Shown here: positions 49,822 to 59,153 of the stretch, one piece after another | Layout: each line of letters starts with the position of its first letter | How positions within the stretch are numbered: the stretch's first letter is position 1 | Assembly: GCA_963691875.1 (NCBI GenBank) | Contig: OY829846.1 | Span: 2,240,001-2,304,000, forward strand | Source of the DNA: Aureliella sp. | GTDB taxonomy: Bacteria > Planctomycetota > Planctomycetia > Pirellulales > Pirellulaceae | Length of the DNA: 64,000 nt | Reading direction: 5' to 3' | Notes under the pieces: model-generated | Seen by the model: only the letters and a program-made list of their open reading frames with translations | What the model was told of the DNA's origin: nothing | Database searches by the model: none | Position numbers and translations under genes: made by a program

Positions 49822-51428
49822 TGAGCTCCTGCAGTTGCAAATTCTTGTTCCACCGCTTCAGCTTGGGCGGGTGCTGGCATAATGACGGCAGCTGAACTCT
49901 GCCCATCTAGGCATTGCTGGATCGCATCAAATATCGTGTTGGCAGTACAAGGGCGAGTGACGATAGCATCAGGCTGGAAACCGACACGGCTCGTCCAATC
50001 GCAAGATGGTGACTCTTCGGCGACCAAGGCAATGCGACGAATGCTTGAAGCTCGCGGATCCTTCGAAGCGAATACCCTAGACATCAGTTCACAGGAAGCT
50101 TCGGAATCGCCTGAAAACAGCAAAGTGTGTGGGATGGATCGTTTCAATACGAGTTGCAGTGCAAGCTTGTCACGAACGACTTTGCCATGAAAACGCGGCT
50201 CGGCTTGTTCCAACGTGTTCCGCAATACCTGAGCTTGATTCGCATCCGGCTCGAAAATGACGACCTGTCCTGCGACGGATTGTTGCCGTCTCTCGACGAG
50301 TTCAGCCAACTCAAATCCTTCCAGCACTTGTCGCACTTCGTCTTCGTCCCACCCCAGTACGGCCTCCAATTCCTTCGGGCTCTTGGGATCAGCCAGGACA
50401 TTCAGCACTTTCATGTGCCGGGCCGACAAACCGGCTCGGTCTAGATTTTGACCGCGAATCGCTCGCCGGACAAAGCCAAAATTGTCTTCGGAATCAGCCC
50501 GAGCTTCGCTGTATATTGCTCCTTCGACGAGTAACGCGAGCAAACTGATATCCAGAGGCAGCGACTTGTGTAGAGCGTTGCTAGCGGAACCTGTTTCGAA
50601 ACGGAATGTCTTCAGTTGGCTGGTAAAGGCATGGCGAATGAGCATCGCTGCTTGGAATCGCAGTAGCTTGGACATCAAACGCGGATCGAGCACTTTTTGG
50701 TCAAGTAACTGCACAAAGCCGTCGACTTCGGCACAACTTCGTCCTCCAAGTGTCATTTTGAAGACCGGCGTCAAGTTCGTGAGAGAAGCTGGTAGTTTGC
50801 TGGCCATCGCTTCGACTTCATCGTCACCGATGCCCTGAGCGTAAACCGCTTGAATGCGTCCCTTGTCCAAATGGAAGCGGATACGAGTTTTCTCGGCTTC
50901 CACTTCTAGCACGCCATTCTTGCGACCATTGTTTAAGAAGTCCAGAAGTTCACGCAGACTGAAAAGCGATAGGTTGCCGGCGAGTGCTGCTTCGTCCGTC
51001 GAGTTGATGATCTCAGGAACGGCGCTACCTTGCGACTGCGACTGGACGATCATCGCGGCCGTCTCAATCGCGTTGGCAATAGTCGTCTTCAACAAGTCCT
51101 CCGTGTAAGGCTTCGGCAGCATGTCGACCACATTATCGAGGTCGATGTACTCAGCGTAAGCCTTTTTACGCAAGGTCGAGCTGATGACTACAGGAATGCG
51201 ACTCAGCTCCGGAGTTTCGCTTAGTTGTGTCGCAACCTGGTGTCCGGTCGTGCCAGGGAGTTGGTGGTCTAGTAGGATCAGGTCAGGCTGAACCTCTGAG
51301 GCCAAATCCAAGCCATCTTCGGCGTTAGGTGCAAGGACAACTCGATAGCCCTCGGGGCTAAGATGTGAATCGACCAGCTTGCGAATGGTGGCGCTGTCAT
51401 CAATGACCAGTACAGTTTTGTCGCTCAT
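49818..51428 (-). CDS. Response regulator: REC plus DUF4388/PATAN-like domain plus degenerate C-terminal REC (PatA-like)
   Basis: VLVIDDS...ILLD...PKP; LAGNLSLFSLRELLDFLNNGRKNGVLEV...HLDKGRI. Confidence 0.85.
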   Translation of the reverse strand: MSDKTVLVIDDSATIRKLVDSHLSPEGYRVVLAPNAEDGLDLASEVQPDLILLDHQLPGTTGHQVATQLSETPELSRIPVVISSTLRKKAYAEYIDLDNVVDMLPKPYTEDLLKTTIANAIETAAMIVQSQSQGSAVPEIINSTDEAALAGNLSLFSLRELLDFLNNGRKNGVLEVEAEKTRIRFHLDKGRIQAVYAQGIGDDEVEAMASKLPASLTNLTPVFKMTLGGRSCAEVDGFVQLLDQKVLDPRLMSKLLRFQAAMLIRHAFTSQLKTFRFETGSASNALHKSLPLDISLLALLVEGAIYSEARADSEDNFGFVRRAIRGQNLDRAGLSARHMKVLNVLADPKSPKELEAVLGWDEDEVRQVLEGFELAELVERRQQSVAGQVVIFEPDANQAQVLRNTLEQAEPRFHGKVVRDKLALQLVLKRSIPHTLLFSGDSEASCELMSRVFASKDPRASSIRRIALVAEESPSCDWTSRVGFQPDAIVTRPCTANTIFDAIQQCLDGQSSAAVIMPAPAQAEAVEQEFATAGAQ

Positions 51429-51440
51429 GTTGGAAACCCT

Positions 51441-54152
51441 CTACACCGACTGAGAATCTTGAAGCAAATGTCGAAGCGGCTCCAACCGCGTCAAAGCCGA
51501 GTCCATGTCTGAATCTTCTACAGGTTTGATGAGATAGTCTTTCGCGCCGAGCTCTCGAGCTCGATCGGTAAACTCGCGTTCGCAGCGACTGCTGATGATC
51601 ACCACTGGCGGAGCCTTTTCTTTTCGTACTGCAGAAACTTGTTCCAGCAGTCCCATGCCATCCAAATGCGGCATTTCCATATCGCTGAAGACTGCCGTGA
51701 AGTTTTCCTTTTTGATCAGCTCTACGGCTTCCTGGCCATTGGTTGCTTCGACGATGTCGAGTGCGAAGCGAGACAATGAGCGCACGACGCGTTTGCGAGC
51801 ACTTAAGGAATCGTCGACGACCAAGACGCGAGGCAGCTTACTACGCTGCGACGTTAATCGTCCCTTTTGGGGGCGATGCTCTGGGCGAGTCTCCGATTGT
51901 GCTTGGAGAACTCGGCGGGCATCAAGTAATAAAACGGCTTGCCCCATACCCGACAACGTTGCCCCGACGCAGAAGGGATGATTACGGAGCAAACCTGGAA
52001 GGGGACGAACCACGAGTTCTTCGGGTCCGACAAGCTCGTCAACGTATAAGGCGATTGGAGTGACATTGCCGTTCTGATCGTTGGCAATCACAATCGCGTG
52101 GTCTGTGTCCTTGGGCTCACCCGGCAGACCTAGCAAACCTGCAAAGTTGGCTTGAGGTATTTCTGGATTCACCTCCCCGGCTGCTTGAACCGACTCCATC
52201 GGCAATGCGAACAACTGCCCGGCACTTCGGAAGACCATAGCGTGTTGAATTACTGATGGCAGTGGGAAACTCAGGCAAATCGTAGTGCCTTTCCCTGGCT
52301 CGGATTGAACTTCAAGCCAGCCACGCATCTTTTCGAGTGTTGCTGCAACAACGTCCATCCCAACGCCGCGACCTGCAACTTGATTCGCCGAGTCGCGTGT
52401 AGAGAATCCAGGTTGGAAAATAAGTTGCGAAAGTTCTTCTCGTGAGGCGGCATGATCGGCGGCTAGCAATCCACGTTCAATACCGCGTCTGCGAATGGCC
52501 TCGTAGTCGAGCCCTCGGCCATCGTCGCGAATCTCAATGGCGAAAAGATCGGGGCCTGATTTGGCCGTTAGCGAGATCCTGCCTTCTGCCAGCTTGCCTT
52601 GTGATTCGCGGGTCTCCGCGTCTTCAATGCCGTGACAAACAGAGTTGCGGACGATGTGCAGAAGTGGCTCGTACAAGTTTTGCTGCAAGCTGCGCTCGAT
52701 ACCTGCATCTTGGCCGATCAGCTCCAGTTTGACTTGCTTGCCTTCCGCTTGGCCTGCATCCCGAACAGCGCGTTGCAGCCTTCGGAAGAGCCCCGAGATG
52801 GGAGTTCTGCGAAGCTGAACCAGCTCTTGACGAAATTGACCAATAAAACGCGAAACGGAAGAATTGGCATCGGCGAAGGGACGAACACAGTTTTTCAGTC
52901 CTTGAGCGGCTTCGAGAACGTCGTTGGCAACTTCGGAGATTTGCAGCGAAGTACTCTGACTTTGAATGATATCGGTTTCGCTTCTCAGTAGTCGCATCTG
53001 CGAAACACTTGTAATCAGCTCGTGATAGACATTTTGTAGCTCTGCGATTTCTGACTCGCGTTGATTCCGCAGTGTGACCAACTCGGCCAACATATCCATC
53101 AGTCGATTGAGCTGAGAAGCCTTGACTCGAACTGTCTCATCATCAGATGCGTCATCGCTGAAGTGAATCGCCGGTGCAGGATTTCGAGTTTCATCCGCTG
53201 GAGATGTGGCAACTTGTTGAGCGCTCGGTTCAGCTCCCAAAACATCCAATGATTCGGTAGTCCCAGGAGCCTGAATACGCGCAACTTCGTTTCGAATCTG
53301 ATCCACGCAGCCCAACAGTTTATCTATGCTCGGCGTGCGGCCCGCTTGCTCATCCTCTCGGAGGCCTTCTTCGATATCATGAATGTGATCAGCCAAACTC
53401 GACAGACCGATGCTAGCCGAGGCTCCTTTAAGCGTATGGAGCTCACGAAGGATCTGCTGCAAGGAAGCCCTATCCTTAGGCTGGTCTTCCAGCTTCAACA
53501 GAGCGTTTTCCATCGAGCCTAGGCAGCTATCAGCATCTGCAACGAAAGCTTCTTGCAGTTCTGGAATGATGGATTCGATTCCAGCAAAGACATCCACCGG
53601 ATTGGACTCTTGACTTGGCTCGGGAGCCTCCTGTTCCGAAAGCTCGGGAACGCACGTTGCTGCTTCCCGAATGACTGGTGCAGCTTCGGGCAGCGCGGGC
53701 GCAGCTTGACCGCCGAGTTGACTCAGAAGGGCTTGGACTTCCTCCGCACTCGGCGTTGGTAGAGCCGAGTCCACTTCTACTTGATCGCTATCGTTAGAGT
53801 TGTCGATCTCAGCACCAGCTTCGCCGAAAGCCCAGTCTTCGGCGTCCAAATCAGCCGATTGAACGAGTCGCTCACCCCAGTTCTCGACCGCATTCTCTAG
53901 AAGCGATTCCAACGCCTGGAAGTCCGAGGAATCGTTTTCGATCAGCCCGCGAAGTTCTGTAAATCCATTTTGAATCAAACCGCTCAATGCAGCATCGTCT
54001 TGTTCGCTGCTGAGGTTGATCGCGATAAGCTGTCTTAGCAAGCCTGCAAAGTCGCATAGCTCTGGAGCTTGCTCACGGAGCTCAGGCTGAATTTCAGTCA
54101 GCAGTTCGGCGGTATCCGCCAGCGATAGTTCGTGTCCGGTAGATGAACTCAT
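51441..54152 (-). CDS. cheA: CheA-like hybrid histidine kinase (Hpt, dimerisation, HATPase, CheW, REC)
   Basis: LHTLKGAS, TVRVKASQLNRLMDMLAELV, PLLHIVRNSVCHGIE, DDGRG, IFQPGFST, GRGVGMDVV and a C-terminal VLVVDDS...SDMEMP...KP. Confidence 0.95.
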   Translation of the reverse strand: MSSSTGHELSLADTAELLTEIQPELREQAPELCDFAGLLRQLIAINLSSEQDDAALSGLIQNGFTELRGLIENDSSDFQALESLLENAVENWGERLVQSADLDAEDWAFGEAGAEIDNSNDSDQVEVDSALPTPSAEEVQALLSQLGGQAAPALPEAAPVIREAATCVPELSEQEAPEPSQESNPVDVFAGIESIIPELQEAFVADADSCLGSMENALLKLEDQPKDRASLQQILRELHTLKGASASIGLSSLADHIHDIEEGLREDEQAGRTPSIDKLLGCVDQIRNEVARIQAPGTTESLDVLGAEPSAQQVATSPADETRNPAPAIHFSDDASDDETVRVKASQLNRLMDMLAELVTLRNQRESEIAELQNVYHELITSVSQMRLLRSETDIIQSQSTSLQISEVANDVLEAAQGLKNCVRPFADANSSVSRFIGQFRQELVQLRRTPISGLFRRLQRAVRDAGQAEGKQVKLELIGQDAGIERSLQQNLYEPLLHIVRNSVCHGIEDAETRESQGKLAEGRISLTAKSGPDLFAIEIRDDGRGLDYEAIRRRGIERGLLAADHAASREELSQLIFQPGFSTRDSANQVAGRGVGMDVVAATLEKMRGWLEVQSEPGKGTTICLSFPLPSVIQHAMVFRSAGQLFALPMESVQAAGEVNPEIPQANFAGLLGLPGEPKDTDHAIVIANDQNGNVTPIALYVDELVGPEELVVRPLPGLLRNHPFCVGATLSGMGQAVLLLDARRVLQAQSETRPEHRPQKGRLTSQRSKLPRVLVVDDSLSARKRVVRSLSRFALDIVEATNGQEAVELIKKENFTAVFSDMEMPHLDGMGLLEQVSAVRKEKAPPVVIISSRCEREFTDRARELGAKDYLIKPVEDSDMDSALTRLEPLRHLLQDSQSV

Positions 54153-54164
54153 GCTCGGCTCTCC

Positions 54165-55496
54165 TTAGCTAGCGGGTTGCAGTTCGGGTTGCACTTCCAC
54201 ATCATCCGCATGCGCGTCGCTGCGAGGTTCGGTTTGTGGCAAGCCCTGACCGCAGTCCTGAAGTCGACGCACGACATTGTCGATCTGAGGGTTAGAATTC
54301 GTCAGCGACTTCATCGTCCAACCCGCGTTTTCCGCGTTGCTGCGGTTCGACTTTGCGAGGCCAGAGATTTGCTCTACTGCGACTACGACATCTTGAGCCA
54401 ACTGCAGCTGCTGAATGGCCGACTCAGAGATCTGTTCGAGCGAACGTACTTCATGACCGAGTTGCCCAATCTCTTTCAGGCTCTGCTCGGCTTGTTCAGC
54501 TCGACGAACCCCGGCTTCGACTTGCTCACGCTCACGCATGATGCCGCGAATCGATTCCTGGGTGACCAGCTGCATAGAGTCTAGTAGGCTGTTGATCTCG
54601 CGGGTGGCATCAGTCGCTTGCTCGGATAGTTTCCGAACTTCTTCTGCAACAACCGCAAAGCCGCGACCATGCTCACCGGCCCGAATCGACTCGATAGAGG
54701 CGTTCAGGGCGAGCAAGTCGGTACGTGACGCTATGTCGCCAATCGATTCGACGATAGCGCTGATCTGTCGAGTCGGATCACATAGGGCTCGCATGTTTTT
54801 TTCACAAGTCAACGACTCAGAGTGAACAAGTCGCATTCCTTGGCTGAGTTCTTGCATGTGCTCCAAAGCAGCCATAGCGGTTCTCTCGGTCTGCTGCATC
54901 ACATTCTGTGCAGAGGCGGCATTGCTTGAAACGTTATCGATGGTGGACGAGAGCTGTTCGATGTAGGCTGTAGTCTTGATAACTGCGTGCCCTTGCGACT
55001 CAGCACCGTCAGTAATCGACTTGGCGATTTGCTCAACTTCTTCGGCTTCCTCTTGCAGTTGGTTCAAGTGCGAATGTAAGGTTGCGCCAAGCCCATTGAG
55101 GATGCTGCGAAGATGCATGCTGGAAGGTGCACCCTTGGAACGCCGATCAAGCATAGTGATCATGTTTTGGAATTCGCGAGTCTGGCTACGTGTGTCGGCT
55201 GCGATTGATTCCCAGTGTTTCGCATCCTCAGCGAGACTTGTGTTTAATGCATCAAACTCGGCGATACCGGTTGGCTGCGGCGGGTTATAGTCATGGATGG
55301 CTTGTTCGATGCCTTTCAACCCACGCGACAGCTTGCGAGCCGCCAATGTGCTGGCCCCGAGTGCACCGGCTGCTGCCAAGCTGGGTGCGATTGTCAGACC
55401 CCAGCTTTCGTCTAGGAGCAGTGCAGTGGCGAAAAGTGCACCGGTGACTGTAGCGGTGCAGAAGTGAGTTAGTATGAGGTACAGTTGTAATTTCAT
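54165..55496 (-). CDS. Methyl-accepting chemotaxis protein without a periplasmic sensor domain
   Basis: [38 protein letters not shown] hairpin tip; two adjacent N-terminal TMs followed by a HAMP-like segment. Confidence 0.93.
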   Translation of the reverse strand: MKLQLYLILTHFCTATVTGALFATALLLDESWGLTIAPSLAAAGALGASTLAARKLSRGLKGIEQAIHDYNPPQPTGIAEFDALNTSLAEDAKHWESIAADTRSQTREFQNMITMLDRRSKGAPSSMHLRSILNGLGATLHSHLNQLQEEAEEVEQIAKSITDGAESQGHAVIKTTAYIEQLSSTIDNVSSNAASAQNVMQQTERTAMAALEHMQELSQGMRLVHSESLTCEKNMRALCDPTRQISAIVESIGDIASRTDLLALNASIESIRAGEHGRGFAVVAEEVRKLSEQATDATREINSLLDSMQLVTQESIRGIMREREQVEAGVRRAEQAEQSLKEIGQLGHEVRSLEQISESAIQQLQLAQDVVVAVEQISGLAKSNRSNAENAGWTMKSLTNSNPQIDNVVRRLQDCGQGLPQTEPRSDAHADDVEVQPELQPAS

Positions 55497-55528
55497 CGAG
55501 ATACGTTTCCTTGTGCGAGGCTCTCGGA

Positions 55529-56017
55529 CTAAGCCTGATGTTGGGGGCTCCAGTACTTCTCCAAGATCTGGTGCACTTTCGCGTGAAGGCGCCCTCGGTG
55601 AAGCACGCGTACGATTTTGTCTCGGAACATCGCGGTGCCAAGAAGTGTGTCGCCAGAACGCGATCCCGGTGCAACACTGGTTTCGACGGACTCGAGAGTC
55701 GCCGAATCAGAAATGAGCAGCGACCAGGCGGATCTGCCTTCGAAGACGAGTAGTCGTTCTCTTCCGACCCGTTCGGCAGCGGCTTCGTAATCGAGAAGTG
55801 CTGTTAGCGAAACAACCGGAATAAACTCATTGCGGAGATGGCAGAGCCCAAGCAGCGAGGGAGGGCAGAAGGGGAGACGCACCAAGTCAGGAGGAACCAC
55901 GATCTCTCGTACTGCAACGGCGGGTACTGAGTACCAACTTTCGCCACAGCGAAACACGCAGTGCTTGCTGGTGTCCACACCTTCTACGTTTGTTTTTGCC
56001 GGGGCGAGTGTTTCCAT
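55529..56017 (-). CDS. cheW: CheW adaptor protein
   Basis: [18 protein letters not shown]...[20 protein letters not shown]. Confidence 0.9.
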   Translation of the reverse strand: METLAPAKTNVEGVDTSKHCVFRCGESWYSVPAVAVREIVVPPDLVRLPFCPPSLLGLCHLRNEFIPVVSLTALLDYEAAAERVGRERLLVFEGRSAWSLLISDSATLESVETSVAPGSRSGDTLLGTAMFRDKIVRVLHRGRLHAKVHQILEKYWSPQHQA

Positions 56018-56061
56018 TGCTTGGCTCTGATGTCGTTCGCTTGAGCGTGCCTGATTATTCC

Positions 56062-56130
56062 GTAGAGCAGGATGACGCTAGCCTCCGATTCCAATTGGCT
56101 AGAACCGGCGGCTAGCGTCAGAGCCGCTCT
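56062..56130. repeat. REP-like long inverted repeat
   Basis: TGACGCTAGCC (56073-56083) / GGCTAGCGTCA (56110-56120) perfect arms, extended by CCG/CGG, TTC/GAA and AGAGC/GCTCT; begins with GTAG. Confidence 0.6.
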
Positions 56131-56173
56131 CATTTTTTGGCGTCTTGCGCCATGCCCACTTCAAGTGTTTCCT

Positions 56174-56611
56174 TTAGTTATTTCGCAGTTGTTGCTGCAG
56201 ACGCATCTTGATCGCTTGCAACCGATCCTGCTGCTTATCGTCTACTTCGCCACTGCTCTGAGGACTGGCAATCTGGACTTGCTGCTGAGGCCGCGTTGCC
56301 TGTGGTTCCAACGTTTCGATGAGATTGTCAATCCTGCTTTCTGAACCAGGAAAAGAACCCACTGCCTGGGGCAAAGCCCCAAGCAGCGAGTCCTCGAGTC
56401 TTGACTCGTTGTTGTTTACCTTGGCCGCAGCTTCACTTTGCTCCGATGCGTCGCACTGCTTCTCTGCCGTCAAGTGCGTTTCGATGCTTTCCAATCGCTC
56501 CTGGGCCTGGGAAAGGAACTGACGGAGCTCCTCCCTCATTTCACTGCTCGTAGCGAACGGCGCCGCAGAAGGATTGTTTGTTTCGGCCGTCTTCAAATTC
56601 ATCTCGCGCAT
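56174..56611 (-). CDS. Hypothetical protein in the chemosensory cluster
   Basis: 145 aa; helical termini with a disordered middle; overlaps the upstream REC gene by 13 nt. Confidence 0.7.
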   Translation of the reverse strand: MREMNLKTAETNNPSAAPFATSSEMREELRQFLSQAQERLESIETHLTAEKQCDASEQSEAAAKVNNNESRLEDSLLGALPQAVGSFPGSESRIDNLIETLEPQATRPQQQVQIASPQSSGEVDDKQQDRLQAIKMRLQQQLRNN

Positions 56612-56979
56612 GTCTCCAGCTCGGCACTAGCGAGTAATTGATTGATGGTGGACAGCAATTCCGCTTCCTGTGCAGGTTTGGGAATGTAAGCTCCCAGTTG
56701 ATCCCCCAACGCGGCTAGATGATTCCCGGGATCTTTGGTGAGGAAGATAATGGGAATCGTGGCTTGGCTAAGAATTTTTTCGCAAGCAGTGTAGCCATCC
56801 ATCTCCGGCATCTGAATGTCTAAGATGGCAAGTTGAGGTTCATAGAGGCGAGCAAGGTCAACTGCTTCACGACCATCGGTGGCCAATACGACTTGGTAGT
56901 CTGCATCCGTCAAAATTCGATTTAACGATACGCGCACAGTGCGGCTGTCGTCAGCGACTAGAATTCGCGTGCTCTGCAT
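56599..56979 (-). CDS. Single-domain response regulator (CheY/PilH-like)
   Basis: ILVADDS...AILDIQMPEMDG...FLT...KP. Confidence 0.93.
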   Translation of the reverse strand: MQSTRILVADDSRTVRVSLNRILTDADYQVVLATDGREAVDLARLYEPQLAILDIQMPEMDGYTACEKILSQATIPIIFLTKDPGNHLAALGDQLGAYIPKPAQEAELLSTINQLLASAELETCAR

Positions 56980-57349
56980 TGGACTTCGACCATTGAGACT
57001 CGTGCTAGGAGGCACAAGCTTCGCGGAAACTGGTTCGTTCTTCGGCAGTCCGGCTATCTACAAGAGACCCGTGACTTTGCGTCCCAACCTCGCGGCCGGT
57101 TTGCCATTTTCGGACGAACTGGTCGAACTCCGCTTCCAGGCTGGATGCTTGGCGGGAGAGCGAGCGGCTCATCAGAAGCGATGTCGTTGCCGACATCCAA
57201 CTGAAACATGCGTCGAACACGCTAAGAAGTCAAAATAAAACCCCCCTTCAAAACGAAGTCCAGTCATTTCTACGCTCTGAAAGTCAATCTGCCGCAAGAC
57301 TACGCTGGTTCGGTAGGCTCAGGTAAAGCAAACATATTCTTGGGCGAGG

Positions 57350-58156
57350 TTTTCATTGAGGAAGTCTTACTGCTCTTCCAAGGGCTTCAGAATCAAGTGG
57401 CGAGCATTCTTCGTGAATTAACTCTGAGAAGATCAATAAAGATATCATCCCTGCGGAGCTCTTGGCCCAACGGACTCAAACGCTGCCAATCATGGTCGGG
57501 TGTCCGACGATGTCCTTGATGAAGTTGCGGACTTCTTTCGAGCCGAAGAAACCGAACTTTTACCTTCACTTTCGATCACAAATTTCGCCGAGATGCGACC
57601 ATGAAGATACAAGCAGTTGATGTGACTAGGAGCAGATACAACTCCTCCAAGCTTCGTCTGCTTTTCCGTCGGAGCTAGGAGATCTTTCGTCTTGTCTCTC
57701 AGTTCTTGCTCGAGGTCTCCAGCATGCACCAGCTCGTCGATCAGCAGTCCCAACACGATCGCTTGGTACTCCGGCAGCTAGCGACTGCACTTTCTCGCCA
57801 ATGGTCGTCTACCAAATAGAAAGAGCTGCCTTCGCGGGCTCCTTCTCCCAAAGCCGGGTTGCGTCCGCCGCCAGAGCATCGGGATCGGAAATCCATATGC
57901 GAATCGGATTCGGAACCGGTGAACCTTAGCTCTGATCCTGAAAAGTGACCGGAGTCGCCATTAAAAAATCTCCTACAAAAGTTTTCACTGGCGGCCCGTA
58001 CGGCTCATCTTCCAGGCATTGCGATCGTTCGGAGGTCATGAACCGTTGTCCGTCCAACTCTATCAGCAAGTGCGCAACAGCCTCTTTGTCCGCCTCCGAG
58101 GGCGCAAGGTCCAACTCCTGAAGATATCTCCCGAGCCGACTTCGATCAAAAAACAT
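57350..58156 (-). pseudogene. Degraded gene remnant of unknown family
   Basis: ORF 57926-58156 reads on through TAA (57926) and TAG (57809), then appears to frameshift into ORF 57490-57756. Confidence 0.4.
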
Positions 58157-58395
58157 CAGAATTTAGAACTTGCAACGACAGGTCTTTCTCGCGCTGGTGG
58201 TACTCTCTGTTGTGTCACTAGGTTGTACAAACGTTCACGCTACGTGGAGTTTCTCGCCTGCCCCTTCACAGAAGTGGCATATGACTATGGACTGGCTGCC
58301 ACAGGATAAGGACTCCCAGCAGCCTGTGCGGGCGTCTTGCAAGTTAAATCTGATATACTTTCAGCTTACCGACACCCACCCTTCGGAGCACTGCG

Positions 58396-59067
58396 ATGCA
58401 TCGCACTTCAGTCTTCTTTGCCTTTCTGCTCTTCCCGTCGATCGGATTCTCTTCACTTCCTACCCAAGAGCAGGAGCGTTCGGCTCGCTCGAACTCCCAC
58501 ACCATTGAAAAAAGAAAAGAATTCAAGCCTGCAACCGAAAGAGAAAAGCTACTTGTCGGGATGATCGATGAGTTGCGCCGAGAAGTTGCAGCACTACGAA
58601 GACAGCTGTCCACAATGCGTCAGCGTCGCCCTGCAGAACGCACGCGAGATGGAGATCGTGTGCCCTCTCCAGAGCAAAATGTCCGACGAGATTTGCCGCG
58701 AGAGGGAATGCGTCGCGATGGCGGCCGAGGTGATATCGCACCACGCGAGGGAAGCCGCCCATCCCCGGAAGCACTTCGTGATCGCCCCGCCAACAAAGAA
58801 CGAGAAGCAACTTCGGATCACGCAAAGGTCAACACAAAAATATGGAATCAGGCCAAGCGAATCTTTGCTGCCTACGACAAGAACAAAGATGGCTTCGCGA
58901 GTTTCGAAGAGTGGCTGCAGATGCGAGAAGGCGAAATGACCGACGAACGTCGCGATCGTGAACGCAAGCACTTTGCTGCTCCGGCCGGAAAAGACTCCAA
59001 GATCACGCAAGAAGAATTCTATCAGTGGATGCTCAGTCGCCAACGCGGCAGCCGAGATTCAGACTGA
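58396..59067 (+). CDS. Secreted EF-hand protein
   Basis: Signal peptide, short coiled coil, R/D/P-rich linker, canonical EF loop DKNKDGFASFEE and a second degenerate loop KDSKITQEE. Confidence 0.8.
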   Translation: MHRTSVFFAFLLFPSIGFSSLPTQEQERSARSNSHTIEKRKEFKPATEREKLLVGMIDELRREVAALRRQLSTMRQRRPAERTRDGDRVPSPEQNVRRDLPREGMRRDGGRGDIAPREGSRPSPEALRDRPANKEREATSDHAKVNTKIWNQAKRIFAAYDKNKDGFASFEEWLQMREGEMTDERRDRERKHFAAPAGKDSKITQEEFYQWMLSRQRGSRDSD

Positions 59068-59153
59068 GCCAGGTTGCGAGTTCTTTCACAACCGACAGCT
59101 TCTTTCACAACCCGAGCGTAAGCGAATCAAGGTACAATCGGCAACATCCGCGT

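Noticed and set aside
59081..59112. Direct repeat TTCTTTCACAACC x2 between convergent genes
   Set aside because: Only two copies at gene 3' ends; most likely a small local duplication
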